Below, in pieces: positions 7,267-15,223 of a stretch of 19,322 bases of DNA. The notes below the pieces were generated by a model. It was not told the DNA's origin and ran no database searches. It saw only the letters and a program-made list of their open reading frames with translations. The DNA is taken from positions 17,546 to 36,867 of the forward strand of contig CAZJHM010000002.1 of assembly GCA_964545925.1 (NCBI GenBank). The letters are read 5' to 3'. Position numbers and translations under genes: made by a program. This stretch comes from an uncultured archaeon (GTDB lineage Archaea > Iainarchaeota > Iainarchaeia > Iainarchaeales > CAZJHM01). The stretch's first letter is position 1. Every line of letters starts with the position of its first letter.

Positions 7267-8010
7267 ATGCAAAAAAAACCAAATCTAAACCAATCCTTTT
7301 CAAAACCAATAGTCTTAATCCCAGCATGGAATGAACAAAACAATATTTCGCAAACAATTTCAGAATTGAAAAAAACAGGTTTAAATTTCAAAATTCTTCT
7401 TGTAAATGACGGAAGCACAGACAAAACAATAGAAACAGCTGAAAAACAATTTAGGGAATCAGGTTTTTCAAAAGAAGATTATGAAATAATTTCCCACCCA
7501 AAAAATATGGGAAAAACAGCAGCCTTTTTCACAGGATTAAAAAGAGCTCTTCAACTAAATCCTGTGGCTCTTATAACAATAGATGCAGATATGGAAAAAG
7601 TTCCAAGAACTTCCTTAGAAGAAATGCTTAACCCAGTGATACAAGCAACAAAAGAAAGAAAAGTAAAAATGGTTGTTGCCAAAGTAAAAGAAGGACATTT
7701 AAATATGGATGTTGATTACTCAGGAATAAGAGCTTTCAGTTCAGGAGCCCTTTCTCTTTTAAGGCAGTCAAATGTAAAGAGATTTCCCCAAGGATATGGA
7801 CTTGAACTTTTCTTACAACAATTGTTTAAAACACATTCGCCAACTTCTTATCTTGTTCAAAACCATCCAGAAATATTGCAGAAAAATCAAAGACTTTTTT
7901 TAGAAGAAGAAAGAGTATTAACAGAAAGAGGAAAAAGACAAGAAAAAGAGTTAATGAAAATAGTAAATCAAAGAAATAAAATACAAAGAAGACTTCGTCC
8001 AAGAAAATAA
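7267..8010 (+). CDS. Family-2 glycosyltransferase (GT-A fold), soluble and short. It could be a dolichyl-phosphate or lipid sugar transferase.
   Basis: PIVLIPAWNEQNNISQTI...KILLVNDGSTDKT is the classic GT2 N-terminus. The DxD motif is ITIDADME. The protein is 247 aa with no TM segment. Confidence 0.8.
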   Translation: MQKKPNLNQSFSKPIVLIPAWNEQNNISQTISELKKTGLNFKILLVNDGSTDKTIETAEKQFRESGFSKEDYEIISHPKNMGKTAAFFTGLKRALQLNPVALITIDADMEKVPRTSLEEMLNPVIQATKERKVKMVVAKVKEGHLNMDVDYSGIRAFSSGALSLLRQSNVKRFPQGYGLELFLQQLFKTHSPTSYLVQNHPEILQKNQRLFLEEERVLTERGKRQEKELMKIVNQRNKIQRRLRPRK

Positions 8011-8011
8011 T

Positions 8012-9217
8012 CTAATGAACAATTAATCTTCCATCTTTCAAAAGAAACTGTCCTTCATTATATGTAAAGTCTTTTTCTCCAACAGAAACAGTTATTTGCT
8101 GTTTTCTTTTGTCTATCCCAACAACTCTTCCCAAATAATTCTCAGAACTATCAAATACTCTTATATTCAATAAAAGCTTGCTTACTTTGTTTGTAAATTC
8201 AAAAGGTTCAGTGCTCTTATAAGTTACTAAGAAAGCAATTAATCCTCCAACTAAATTAATAATAAAGAAATCAACATCAACTTCTGCCAAAAGAACATTT
8301 GTCCCAGATACCAAAACCAACCAAAGAACAAAAAGAGACATTATTGAAAGAATATATTTCCTAAAATTATAAGCTCTTTTGAAATGAAATGAATCTATTA
8401 TTTTCCCAATTAAAATTCCCAAACCAAATAAAAACAAGAAAGCATAACTAGAACTTAAAATAACTAGTCCTGAATTTATATTAATTGAATCCATCCCAGT
8501 ATATACAACATATGTGTTTGCTACTCCGAAAATAAGAGAAAATATTGATGCAAAATAAAAAAGAAAACTAATTCTTTGTTCATATAAACTTCCAAGAACT
8601 GTTTTCAAATAATCTTTGAAATATTTAATAATATCAAATCCAACACTTAAAAGATAAATTCCAACTAAAAAACCAAGAACTTTAAATCCCAAATCCCCAA
8701 AAACAGCCAAAGTCAAAAAAGCAAATCCTGGTAATCCAAACACAACTTTAGCAACATCTTTATCTCTCAATATTTCTTTCAAAGTATAAACAGTTGATTC
8801 AACTTTTTCTGCTTGTTTGATTATCACATTTACTTTTGATATAATCTTTGCTCTTCCTTGCAAAAGAGGAATTATACTTGAATCTTCTGCTCCATCACTT
8901 ACAAAAACAATATCTTTTGCCTCGCTTTTTTTCAATACAAAATCAACTTGTCTCAATAATTCTTCATCACTTCCAAACCCAATTTTTCCCTTTCCAGTCA
9001 CAACCGCAATTTCTACTTTTTTTCCTAATCCTTTTAGTTCATCATATTTCTTAACAGCCGCAAACATACTGTTTCCATCTGTCTCTTCTGGGTCTTTTAA
9101 GAGTAAAACTTCAGCTCCTTTAAGAACATCTTTTCTCCCATAGAGAGGAGCCTTAATCTTTCCTTTTTTCCCTAAATCATTATCTTTGTCTACACAAAGA
9201 ACAAGTATGCTTTCCAT
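8012..9217 (-). CDS. DUF373-family archaeal membrane protein, with an N-terminal soluble domain, a polytopic membrane region, and a C-terminal beta-rich tail.
   Basis: N-terminal LVLCVDKDNDLGKKGKIKAPLYGRKDVLKGAEVLLLKDPEETDGNSMFAAVKKYDEL matches the conserved DUF373 N-terminus (LCVDRDDDLG...DPEDSD.N). Multiple TM helices follow. The stop codon lies 1 bp from the GT2 stop; the two genes are convergent. Confidence 0.7.
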   Translation of the reverse strand: MESILVLCVDKDNDLGKKGKIKAPLYGRKDVLKGAEVLLLKDPEETDGNSMFAAVKKYDELKGLGKKVEIAVVTGKGKIGFGSDEELLRQVDFVLKKSEAKDIVFVSDGAEDSSIIPLLQGRAKIISKVNVIIKQAEKVESTVYTLKEILRDKDVAKVVFGLPGFAFLTLAVFGDLGFKVLGFLVGIYLLSVGFDIIKYFKDYLKTVLGSLYEQRISFLFYFASIFSLIFGVANTYVVYTGMDSININSGLVILSSSYAFLFLFGLGILIGKIIDSFHFKRAYNFRKYILSIMSLFVLWLVLVSGTNVLLAEVDVDFFIINLVGGLIAFLVTYKSTEPFEFTNKVSKLLLNIRVFDSSENYLGRVVGIDKRKQQITVSVGEKDFTYNEGQFLLKDGRLIVH

Positions 9218-9237
9218 ATCTATATATTTAAAGCAAA

Positions 9238-9250
9238 TTTATTTATAAGA
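9238..9250. promoter_or_regulatory. TATA-like element TTTATTTATAAGA at the exact midpoint (about 27 bp) between the divergent DUF373 start (9217) and stomatin start (9271). It is a candidate bidirectional promoter.
   Basis: The 53-bp divergent intergenic region carries a single A/T-rich TATA-like element equidistant from both ATGs. This is the same architecture as at 5047-5056. Confidence 0.3.
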
Positions 9251-9270
9251 TTTCCTTTGCTAAAATATAT

Positions 9271-10194
9271 ATGGAAAAACAGGATTTGAAATACATTTTG
9301 TTCCTAGTTTTAGTAATATTTGGAATATTAGCCTTAGCAACAGCAATTCTTTATTCCCACTTCTTTTTTGAAAATTTCCTTTGGCTTTTGCTTTTGGGTT
9401 TATTTATCATCATCATTTGGAAAACAGACTTAGTTCTTCCTTTGCAAGAATATGAAAAAGCTTTAGTTTTCAGATTTGGGAGATTAAAAAAAGTCTCAGG
9501 CCCAGGATGGATTTTTATCTTGCCTTTAATAGAAACTTACAAAATAGTGGATTTAAGAGTTCATACAATAGACATACCAAAACAAGATGTTATTACAAAA
9601 GAAAATGTTGAACTTCAAATAGATGCAGTTCTTTATATAAAAGTTAAGAACAACCAGCAAGCAATAATTAATTCAGTCATAGCAGTTGATGACTTTCAAA
9701 AAGCATCCCAACTCTACACAATCTCAGTAATCAGAAACATGGTTGGTTCAATGACTTTAGCAGAATTAATCTCAAACATAGATGGGCTTAATTCTAAAAT
9801 AAAAGAAAGATTGGAAAACATAGCAAATTCTTGGGGTTTAGAGATAGTTGCAACAGAAATAAAAGATATAGATGTCCCAAGAACAATTTTAGATGCCATA
9901 GACAGAGATATGGCAGCAGAAAGAGACAAACAAGCAAGAATAAAAATAGCAGATGCTCATACTGCAGAAATAGAAGCAGTAAAAAAAGCAGCAGAATCTT
10001 TATCAAATGATACTTTAGCTTATTATTACATCAAAGCTTTGGAAAAACTTGGAGAAGGACAAGCAACAAAAATAATCTTTCCAATGGAATTAACAAACTT
10101 AGCAAATTCTCTTTCAAAGACAACTTCGGAAAAACAAATAGAACAACTTTTGAAAAAATACAAACCAGTTCTTGATAAACTCATTCAAGATTAA
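9271..10194 (+). CDS. Stomatin/prohibitin-family (SPFH, band 7) membrane protein.
   Basis: N-terminal TM helices are followed by YEKALVFRFGRLKKVSGPGWIFILPLIETYKIVDLRVHTIDIPKQDVITKENVELQIDAVLYIKV, the canonical stomatin core, and then a coiled-coil C-terminus. Confidence 0.9.
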   Translation: MEKQDLKYILFLVLVIFGILALATAILYSHFFFENFLWLLLLGLFIIIIWKTDLVLPLQEYEKALVFRFGRLKKVSGPGWIFILPLIETYKIVDLRVHTIDIPKQDVITKENVELQIDAVLYIKVKNNQQAIINSVIAVDDFQKASQLYTISVIRNMVGSMTLAELISNIDGLNSKIKERLENIANSWGLEIVATEIKDIDVPRTILDAIDRDMAAERDKQARIKIADAHTAEIEAVKKAAESLSNDTLAYYYIKALEKLGEGQATKIIFPMELTNLANSLSKTTSEKQIEQLLKKYKPVLDKLIQD

Positions 10195-10253
10195 AGGGTT
10201 GTAGAACTCCTCAAAAACAAAATCCTTTTTAATCTCATAAACCTATTTATCTT

Positions 10254-11180
10254 ATGCTTAAATTTCTCAAACAAAAATATCAGGGTTCTTTAGAATATCT
10301 CTTAGTTATCAGTGGAGCAATCTTAGTCGCAGTTATTGTCTTAATGGTTCTAAGTGGAACACCTATAACAAATAATGAAACAGCAATAGATGATTCAAAA
10401 TGTAGTCCATATGGAAATCAAAACTACTGCAATATAGCAGATATAGAAGGAGATGGAATAGTTGATTGCATTTGGAAAGACAATCAATGTCTCAGAAAAA
10501 CCATGAGAGATAGATTAAAAGAAGGCTTAGTCCTTTTCTTGAAAATGGATGATTCAAATGCAACTCACACAGCAGTAATCCAAGATTCCTCAGGTTATAA
10601 CAACAATGGAATTCTTTACACAGGAGAGGGAGCAACAAGCAAATCAATAGCAGGAAGATATGGAAATGCAATCACCTTTGATGGAACAAATGATTATATA
10701 TCAGTATTACCAGATACAAGTTTAGACATAAATAATTATCTTTCATTGTGTGCTTGGGTAAAACTAAATTCCAAAAATATTGACCAAAAAATAATTGCAA
10801 GAGTTTCAAGAAATCCAGATTTTTGGGGATATCAACTTGATATTTTTTCTGATAATAAATTAGAAATGATTACTGGAGGCACAACAAGATGGAATACAAC
10901 TAGAGGAGTTTCAGGGGGAACATCTTTAGATACAGGAACATGGTATTATGTTACAGGCATATTTGATGGAGTTAGAAATAAAACATATATAAATGGGGTT
11001 TTAGATCGTAATAATAATATTTCATATGGTTTATCTAGTTTAAGTCAAATATTAAATATAGGAAAATCAACTGAAGGAACAGGTTATTATTTCAACGGAA
11101 TAATAGACGAAGTAGCAATTTGGAACAGAGCATTATCAGAATCAGAAATAAAAGAAATTTATACAAATGGATTAGATTGA
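10254..11180 (+). CDS. Secreted or surface protein with an archaeal class-III (type IV pilin-like) signal peptide fused to a LamG/concanavalin-A-like lectin domain. It is a putative pilus-associated adhesin.
   Basis: The N-terminus MLKFLKQKYQG-SLEYLLVISGAILVAVIVLMVL has a basic leader, a Gly, and a SLEYLL hydrophobic core typical of archaeal prepilin-like (DUF361 / class III signal) proteins. The C-terminal region carries LamG_3 hallmarks: GNAITFDGTNDYISV, LSLCAWVKLNS, TWYYVTGIFDG and the near-invariant FNGIIDEVAIWNRALSESEIKEIYTNG. Confidence 0.75.
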   Translation: MLKFLKQKYQGSLEYLLVISGAILVAVIVLMVLSGTPITNNETAIDDSKCSPYGNQNYCNIADIEGDGIVDCIWKDNQCLRKTMRDRLKEGLVLFLKMDDSNATHTAVIQDSSGYNNNGILYTGEGATSKSIAGRYGNAITFDGTNDYISVLPDTSLDINNYLSLCAWVKLNSKNIDQKIIARVSRNPDFWGYQLDIFSDNKLEMITGGTTRWNTTRGVSGGTSLDTGTWYYVTGIFDGVRNKTYINGVLDRNNNISYGLSSLSQILNIGKSTEGTGYYFNGIIDEVAIWNRALSESEIKEIYTNGLD

Positions 11181-11191
11181 TTTCAGAAAAA

Positions 11192-11216
11192 TATTTTCAA
11201 CAAATATCTTTTTTAA
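11192..11216 (+). terminator. T-rich tract (atattttcaacaaatatctttttt) downstream of the pilin-LamG gene; candidate archaeal oligo-T terminator.
   Basis: A run of T6 at about 11209-11214 immediately follows the stop. Archaeal RNA polymerase terminates at oligo-T tracts. Confidence 0.3.
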
Positions 11217-11237
11217 CCCTCCTTGTCTAATAATCTT

Positions 11238-11957
11238 ATGAAAGACATAAATGCAGAGGAAAGAATTTTCAAAGTAATAAAAAAATCAGACATAATCATA
11301 GAGGTTCTTGACTCAAGATTTATTGCAAAAACAAGAAACAAAAAATATGAAAAAGCAATAATAGAAAGAAAAAAACAACTAATTATATGTGCAAATAAAT
11401 GTGAGCTTTTAACTCCTCAGGAAATATCTCTTTTGAAAAAAATCCACCCAAGAATTATTTTTGTTTCAGCACACAGCAGAAGAAACATAAAAAAATTAAG
11501 AATTGCAATTTTAATCGCCCAAAAGAAAACAAGAAAACCAGAAGTAAAAGTAGGAGTAATTGGATATGCAAACACAGGAAAATCATCAGTTATAAATGCT
11601 TTAAAAGGAAAACACACTGCTCGCACAGCAAAATATGCTGGATTCACAAGAGGAGAACAATTTTTCAGAATCTCAGACAAACTTCTTTTGATTGATAGTC
11701 CAGGAACAATCTTTGACCCTTTGAAAACAGAATTAGATATGTTTCTAATAAATGCAAAAAATGTTGAAAATATTTCAGACCCTTTAACTTTAGCTGAAAA
11801 ATTAATTGAATTAATTCATCTGCCTTACACTCTTGAACAATTAGCCGAAGAAAAAGGTTTTAAAGAAAAAGGTGGAGAATTAAATATAGATAGGGCAGCA
11901 ATTTATGTCTTAAAGCAATATCAAAATAATAAAATAAGATATGTTGAGATAAAATGA
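11238..11957 (+). CDS. Circularly permuted GTPase of the YlqF/RbgA (MMR_HSR1, MJ1464-like) ribosome-biogenesis family.
   Basis: The G4/G5 region precedes G1, the circular-permutation hallmark: DIIIEVLDSR...ICANKCEL, then G1 VGVIGYANTGKSSVINAL, then G3 DSPG. The track start at 11223 is TTG. The first ATG at 11238 gives MKDINAEERIF. Confidence 0.8.
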   Translation: MKDINAEERIFKVIKKSDIIIEVLDSRFIAKTRNKKYEKAIIERKKQLIICANKCELLTPQEISLLKKIHPRIIFVSAHSRRNIKKLRIAILIAQKKTRKPEVKVGVIGYANTGKSSVINALKGKHTARTAKYAGFTRGEQFFRISDKLLLIDSPGTIFDPLKTELDMFLINAKNVENISDPLTLAEKLIELIHLPYTLEQLAEEKGFKEKGGELNIDRAAIYVLKQYQNNKIRYVEIK

Positions 11958-12298
11958 CAGAAGAATATAAACAAGCAATAATAATTAATACCTCCCTTAA
12001 AATGCAAAAAGGAAAAGCATGTGCTCAAAGTTCTCATGCTTCTCTTTCGGCTTATTTAAAAACAGAAAAGAAAATATCTGAAAAGTGGATTGAAGAGGGA
12101 ATGAAAAAAATAGTCTTAAAAGCCGAAGAAAAAGAAATTCTCTCAATTTTCAATTCCCTGAAAAAAATATTCCCTTGTGCTTTAATAAAAGATGCAGGGC
12201 GCACTCAAATCCCAGCAGGTTCAATAACTGCCTTAGGCATAGGCCCAGCAGAAGAGTCTCTTTTAAACAAACATCTTTCTCATCTAAAACTTTTCTAG
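11954..12298 (+). CDS. pth2: Peptidyl-tRNA hydrolase, archaeal/eukaryotic type (PTH2).
   Basis: KQAIIINTSLKMQKGKACAQSSHASL...KIVLKAEEKEILSIF...IKDAGRTQIPAGSITALGIGPAEESLLNKHLSHLKLF matches the PTH2 consensus (L.MGKGKIAAQC.HA...KVVLK...DAG.TQ...GS.T.LAIGP...TG.LKL). The ATGA overlap with the GTPase stop indicates translational coupling. Confidence 0.85.
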   Translation: MTEEYKQAIIINTSLKMQKGKACAQSSHASLSAYLKTEKKISEKWIEEGMKKIVLKAEEKEILSIFNSLKKIFPCALIKDAGRTQIPAGSITALGIGPAEESLLNKHLSHLKLF

Positions 12299-12319
12299 TC
12301 TTTTTACAAAATCAGAAAT

Positions 12320-12544
12320 TTACATCCATTTCTTAGAATATGAGTCAAATTGTTCATTCACTGTTGCTACTGCCTCTGCTTTTGCAAAATTATCTTTCAT
12401 TCCTTGTTTTCTGTATATTTGGTAAAATGCTTCTATTGCTTCTTCTCTGCTTTTACCTAATTTAGCCAATAGTTGTCCAAAAGTCAAGGCTGTTATTCCT
12501 TTTTTCTTAGCTTCATCATAGTATTTCTGTTTTATTGCATCCAT
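12320..12544 (-). CDS. Small hypothetical alpha-helical protein of 74 aa, encoded immediately downstream of LonB and probably co-transcribed with it.
   Basis: The ORF is open with a GGTGG Shine-Dalgarno-like element 5 nt upstream of the ATG at 12544. The track start at 12559 is TTG. The sequence is MDAIKQKYYDEAKKKGITALTFGQLLAKLGKSREEAIEAFYQIYRKQGMKDNFAKAEAVATVNEQFDSYSKKWM. I recognise no known family. Confidence 0.4.
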   Translation of the reverse strand: MDAIKQKYYDEAKKKGITALTFGQLLAKLGKSREEAIEAFYQIYRKQGMKDNFAKAEAVATVNEQFDSYSKKWM

Positions 12545-12555
12545 TAAACCACCTG

Positions 12556-14457
12556 TCAATTACCATTTATCTTTCTTAAATATCCTTTTATCTTTTCACT
12601 TTTTATTGCTATCTTCAATACATCCTCTAATTTCTCAACACTTTTTATCTTTATTTTATCCATATCTTTTTTACCAAGAACAATATCCTGCATATTTGCC
12701 TTAGGTATAATAGCTTCTTTATACCCTGCTTTAATAGCAGCCAATAACTTAGGAGTAATTCCTCCAACAGGCAAAACATCCCCACGAACAGATAAACTTC
12801 CAGTCATTACAATATTTTGTCTGATTGGTAATTTAGTCATTGCACTAAAAACAGCAGTTGCTATACTCACAGATGCACTATCTCCTTCAACTCCTTCATA
12901 TGTCTGCAAAAATTGTATATGCACATCATGTCCACTTACATCTTTTCCAGAAAGTTTTTTTATCTGTGCAGAAACATTCATCACAGCTTCTTTTGCAATC
13001 TCTCCTAATTTTCCTGTTGCTATTATTTTTCCCTCACTTTTTGAAGAAGCAGGAACAACTTCTGCTTCAATAGGTAGTATAGTTCCTGAATTTCCAACAA
13101 CAGCCAACCCATTAACTCTTCCAATAAATTTTCCTTCTGTTTTGTATATCTCATAATCTTTTTTATAATCCAAAGCTTTCTCAATCATCTGTTGCTCCAA
13201 AGTTTTCACACTCTTCTTTGCTTCATCCAAATCTTCCACATCTGCAAATTTCTTTCCTTTTTCTTTTGCTATATCTCCAGCTGCCCTGACTAATCCACCT
13301 AATTCTCTAAGTTTAATTGTTAGTTTATTTTTTCTTCCACTTCTTTTTCTAGCTTCTAAAACAATCTCTTCAACAGCTTCTTTTGTAAAATGAGGAATTT
13401 TTCCATCTTTAACAACTTCTTGTGCAACAAACCTTGCAATTGCTTTTCTATTTTCTTCATTATCTTCCATTTCACTTTTCATATATATTTCATAACCATA
13501 TCCTCTAATTCTTGAACGTAGGGCAGGATGAACTTTTTTCAAATCCTCATAATTTCCAGCAGCAACTAAAACAAAATCACAAGAAACAGGTTCTGTTCTT
13601 GTCATTGCTCCACTTGACATATCGCTTTGTCCAGTGATTGAATATTTTTTATCCTGCATTGCTGTTAATAATTCCTGCTGACTTTTTGGGGAAAGAGTTG
13701 CAATTTCATCAATAAACAAAACTCCACCTGAGGCTTTATGAATCATTCCAGGTTCAACTCTTAAATGTGGAGGAGTTCCTAACCCTCCCGATTGGAGCGG
13801 GTCATGTCTTACATCCCCTAACAATGCTCCTGCACGAGCACCAGTTGCATCAAAGAAAGGAGCTTTTTTTCTTTCTGAATTTTCAATCAATAACTTAGGA
13901 GGACTATAACCACTCATTGGTCTTACTTGGGTACCAATTATAAATCCAACCATTAAAAACCCGCCTAAAAGTAAGAGAGCTGCAAAAATAATATCTGAAA
14001 TATACCCAAACTGCCAAATAACATAAGCAAATATAAACCAAAGAAAAGGCATTACAAATCCCATTAATCTTGCATTGTCTCCAGCCTTCTTAAAATCAAA
14101 TCTTTCTTTTTCCATTATTTTTTTTCCTTCTCCTGCTTTCACAACTTTTATTTTAGGATTGTTTGGATCAATTTGATTCTCATAAACCAAAATATCTTTT
14201 AATTCCGAAACAGGCAATATTTCAGCCATTGCTTGAGCAAGCAGACTTTTGCCAGTTCCAGGCAAACCAACCAAAAGTATATTTCTTTTTTGTTTAGCTG
14301 CTTTCTTAATTAATTCAACACTTTTTTCCTGTCCAATAACTTGTTCAACAATTAGTTTAGGAACTTTAATATCAGCAGTAGTTTTCCAAGTCTTAACCAT
14401 AAAACAAAAAGCAACATTATCTTTTAAAACCAATCTTCTTGCTTGTATTTCATTCAC
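12556..14457 (-). CDS. lonB: Archaeal membrane-bound ATP-dependent Lon protease (LonB).
   Basis: Walker A is [19 protein letters not shown]. Two TM helices are inserted in the AAA+ module ([42 protein letters not shown]). Walker B is [10 protein letters not shown]. The protease domain has the catalytic Ser in [12 protein letters not shown] and Lys in [10 protein letters not shown]. The longest-ORF start at 14457 is GTG; an internal in-frame ATG lies at 14400. Confidence 0.93.
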   Translation of the reverse strand: MNEIQARRLVLKDNVAFCFMVKTWKTTADIKVPKLIVEQVIGQEKSVELIKKAAKQKRNILLVGLPGTGKSLLAQAMAEILPVSELKDILVYENQIDPNNPKIKVVKAGEGKKIMEKERFDFKKAGDNARLMGFVMPFLWFIFAYVIWQFGYISDIIFAALLLLGGFLMVGFIIGTQVRPMSGYSPPKLLIENSERKKAPFFDATGARAGALLGDVRHDPLQSGGLGTPPHLRVEPGMIHKASGGVLFIDEIATLSPKSQQELLTAMQDKKYSITGQSDMSSGAMTRTEPVSCDFVLVAAGNYEDLKKVHPALRSRIRGYGYEIYMKSEMEDNEENRKAIARFVAQEVVKDGKIPHFTKEAVEEIVLEARKRSGRKNKLTIKLRELGGLVRAAGDIAKEKGKKFADVEDLDEAKKSVKTLEQQMIEKALDYKKDYEIYKTEGKFIGRVNGLAVVGNSGTILPIEAEVVPASSKSEGKIIATGKLGEIAKEAVMNVSAQIKKLSGKDVSGHDVHIQFLQTYEGVEGDSASVSIATAVFSAMTKLPIRQNIVMTGSLSVRGDVLPVGGITPKLLAAIKAGYKEAIIPKANMQDIVLGKKDMDKIKIKSVEKLEDVLKIAIKSEKIKGYLRKINGN

Positions 14458-14501
14458 AAAAATTTAAATACTCCATCTTCCTTATAGACTAGGGGAAAAA
14501 T

Positions 14502-15200
14502 ATGATTATTATTAAGGATTTGAAAACATGGCAGAATCTTCTTTCTGCTCTTTCTTTCTTGAAAGAGGCTAATTTCCGATTTTCCTCCGAAGGTTTGAAA
14601 TTAAAAGCTTTAGATAAAACCCAATCAATCTTAGTAGATTTATTCCTTCCAAAAAAAGCATTTACAAAATATGATGTTGAACCAAATTTCATAGGTTTAG
14701 GAATAGAAGAATTAACAAAAATTTCCCAAAGAGCCTTTCCAACTGATTCAATTAACATAAATATAACTGATTCCTCCATGGACATAATGATTGAGGGAAA
14801 GTTTGATAGAAACTTTCAATTGCCTCTTCTTCAAATAGATGAAGAAATAGTCAAGGATTTAGTAATTGAGAAACCATTTCAAATACAATTAGATGCAGAA
14901 GAATTCAAAGAAGTTCTAAAAGATGCTTCTCTTTTCTCAAAAAATATAATGTTTAAAATAGAAGACTCAGTTTTTTTCTCAGAAGCTTTAGGCCCTTCTG
15001 GACATCAAAAAACAATAATCAAAAAGAAAGTTGAATATCCAAATATGATTTCCAAATATGATATTCTTTACTTACAAACAATCACAAAATCAGCAGAAGG
15101 AAAAATTTCTTTCTCTTTAGCAAATGATTCTCCAGTTCGCTTAGATTATTCAATTGGAAAAGCAGATGTGACTTTCTATCTCGCTCATATGATTCTCTGA
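14502..15200 (+). CDS. pcn: DNA polymerase sliding clamp PCNA.
   Basis: 232 aa with PCNA-like N-terminal organisation: MIIIKDLKTWQNLLSALSFLKEANFRFSSEGLKLKALDKTQSILVDLFLP..FTKYDVEPNFIGLGIEELTKI. There is an AGGGG Shine-Dalgarno-like element 8 nt upstream. The call rests on length and motif pattern only. Confidence 0.75.
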   Translation: MIIIKDLKTWQNLLSALSFLKEANFRFSSEGLKLKALDKTQSILVDLFLPKKAFTKYDVEPNFIGLGIEELTKISQRAFPTDSININITDSSMDIMIEGKFDRNFQLPLLQIDEEIVKDLVIEKPFQIQLDAEEFKEVLKDASLFSKNIMFKIEDSVFFSEALGPSGHQKTIIKKKVEYPNMISKYDILYLQTITKSAEGKISFSLANDSPVRLDYSIGKADVTFYLAHMIL

Positions 15201-15223
15201 TTTTTTTCTTTCTAATTCCAAAA

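Noticed and set aside
8817-10006. ORFs 8817..9143 (+), 8848..9054 (+), 9714..9929 (-) and 9794..10006 (-).
   Set aside because: Antisense or alternate-frame ORFs within the DUF373 and stomatin genes. They are low-complexity with no motifs.
11417-11680. Minus ORF 11417..11680 inside the cpGTPase gene.
   Set aside because: Antisense to a gene with clear G1, G3 and G4 motifs.
14458-14501. Lon/PCNA divergent intergenic region, examined as a third symmetric bidirectional promoter.
   Set aside because: TTTAAATA at 14463-14470 fits a PCNA promoter given its Shine-Dalgarno-containing leader. There is no clear symmetric arrangement with the Lon GTG start, so I did not count it as a third example.
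12858-14785. ORFs 12858..13073 (+), 14249..14467 (+) and 14489..14785 (-).
   Set aside because: Antisense to LonB or PCNA. The third would also overlap the PCNA start and promoter region.
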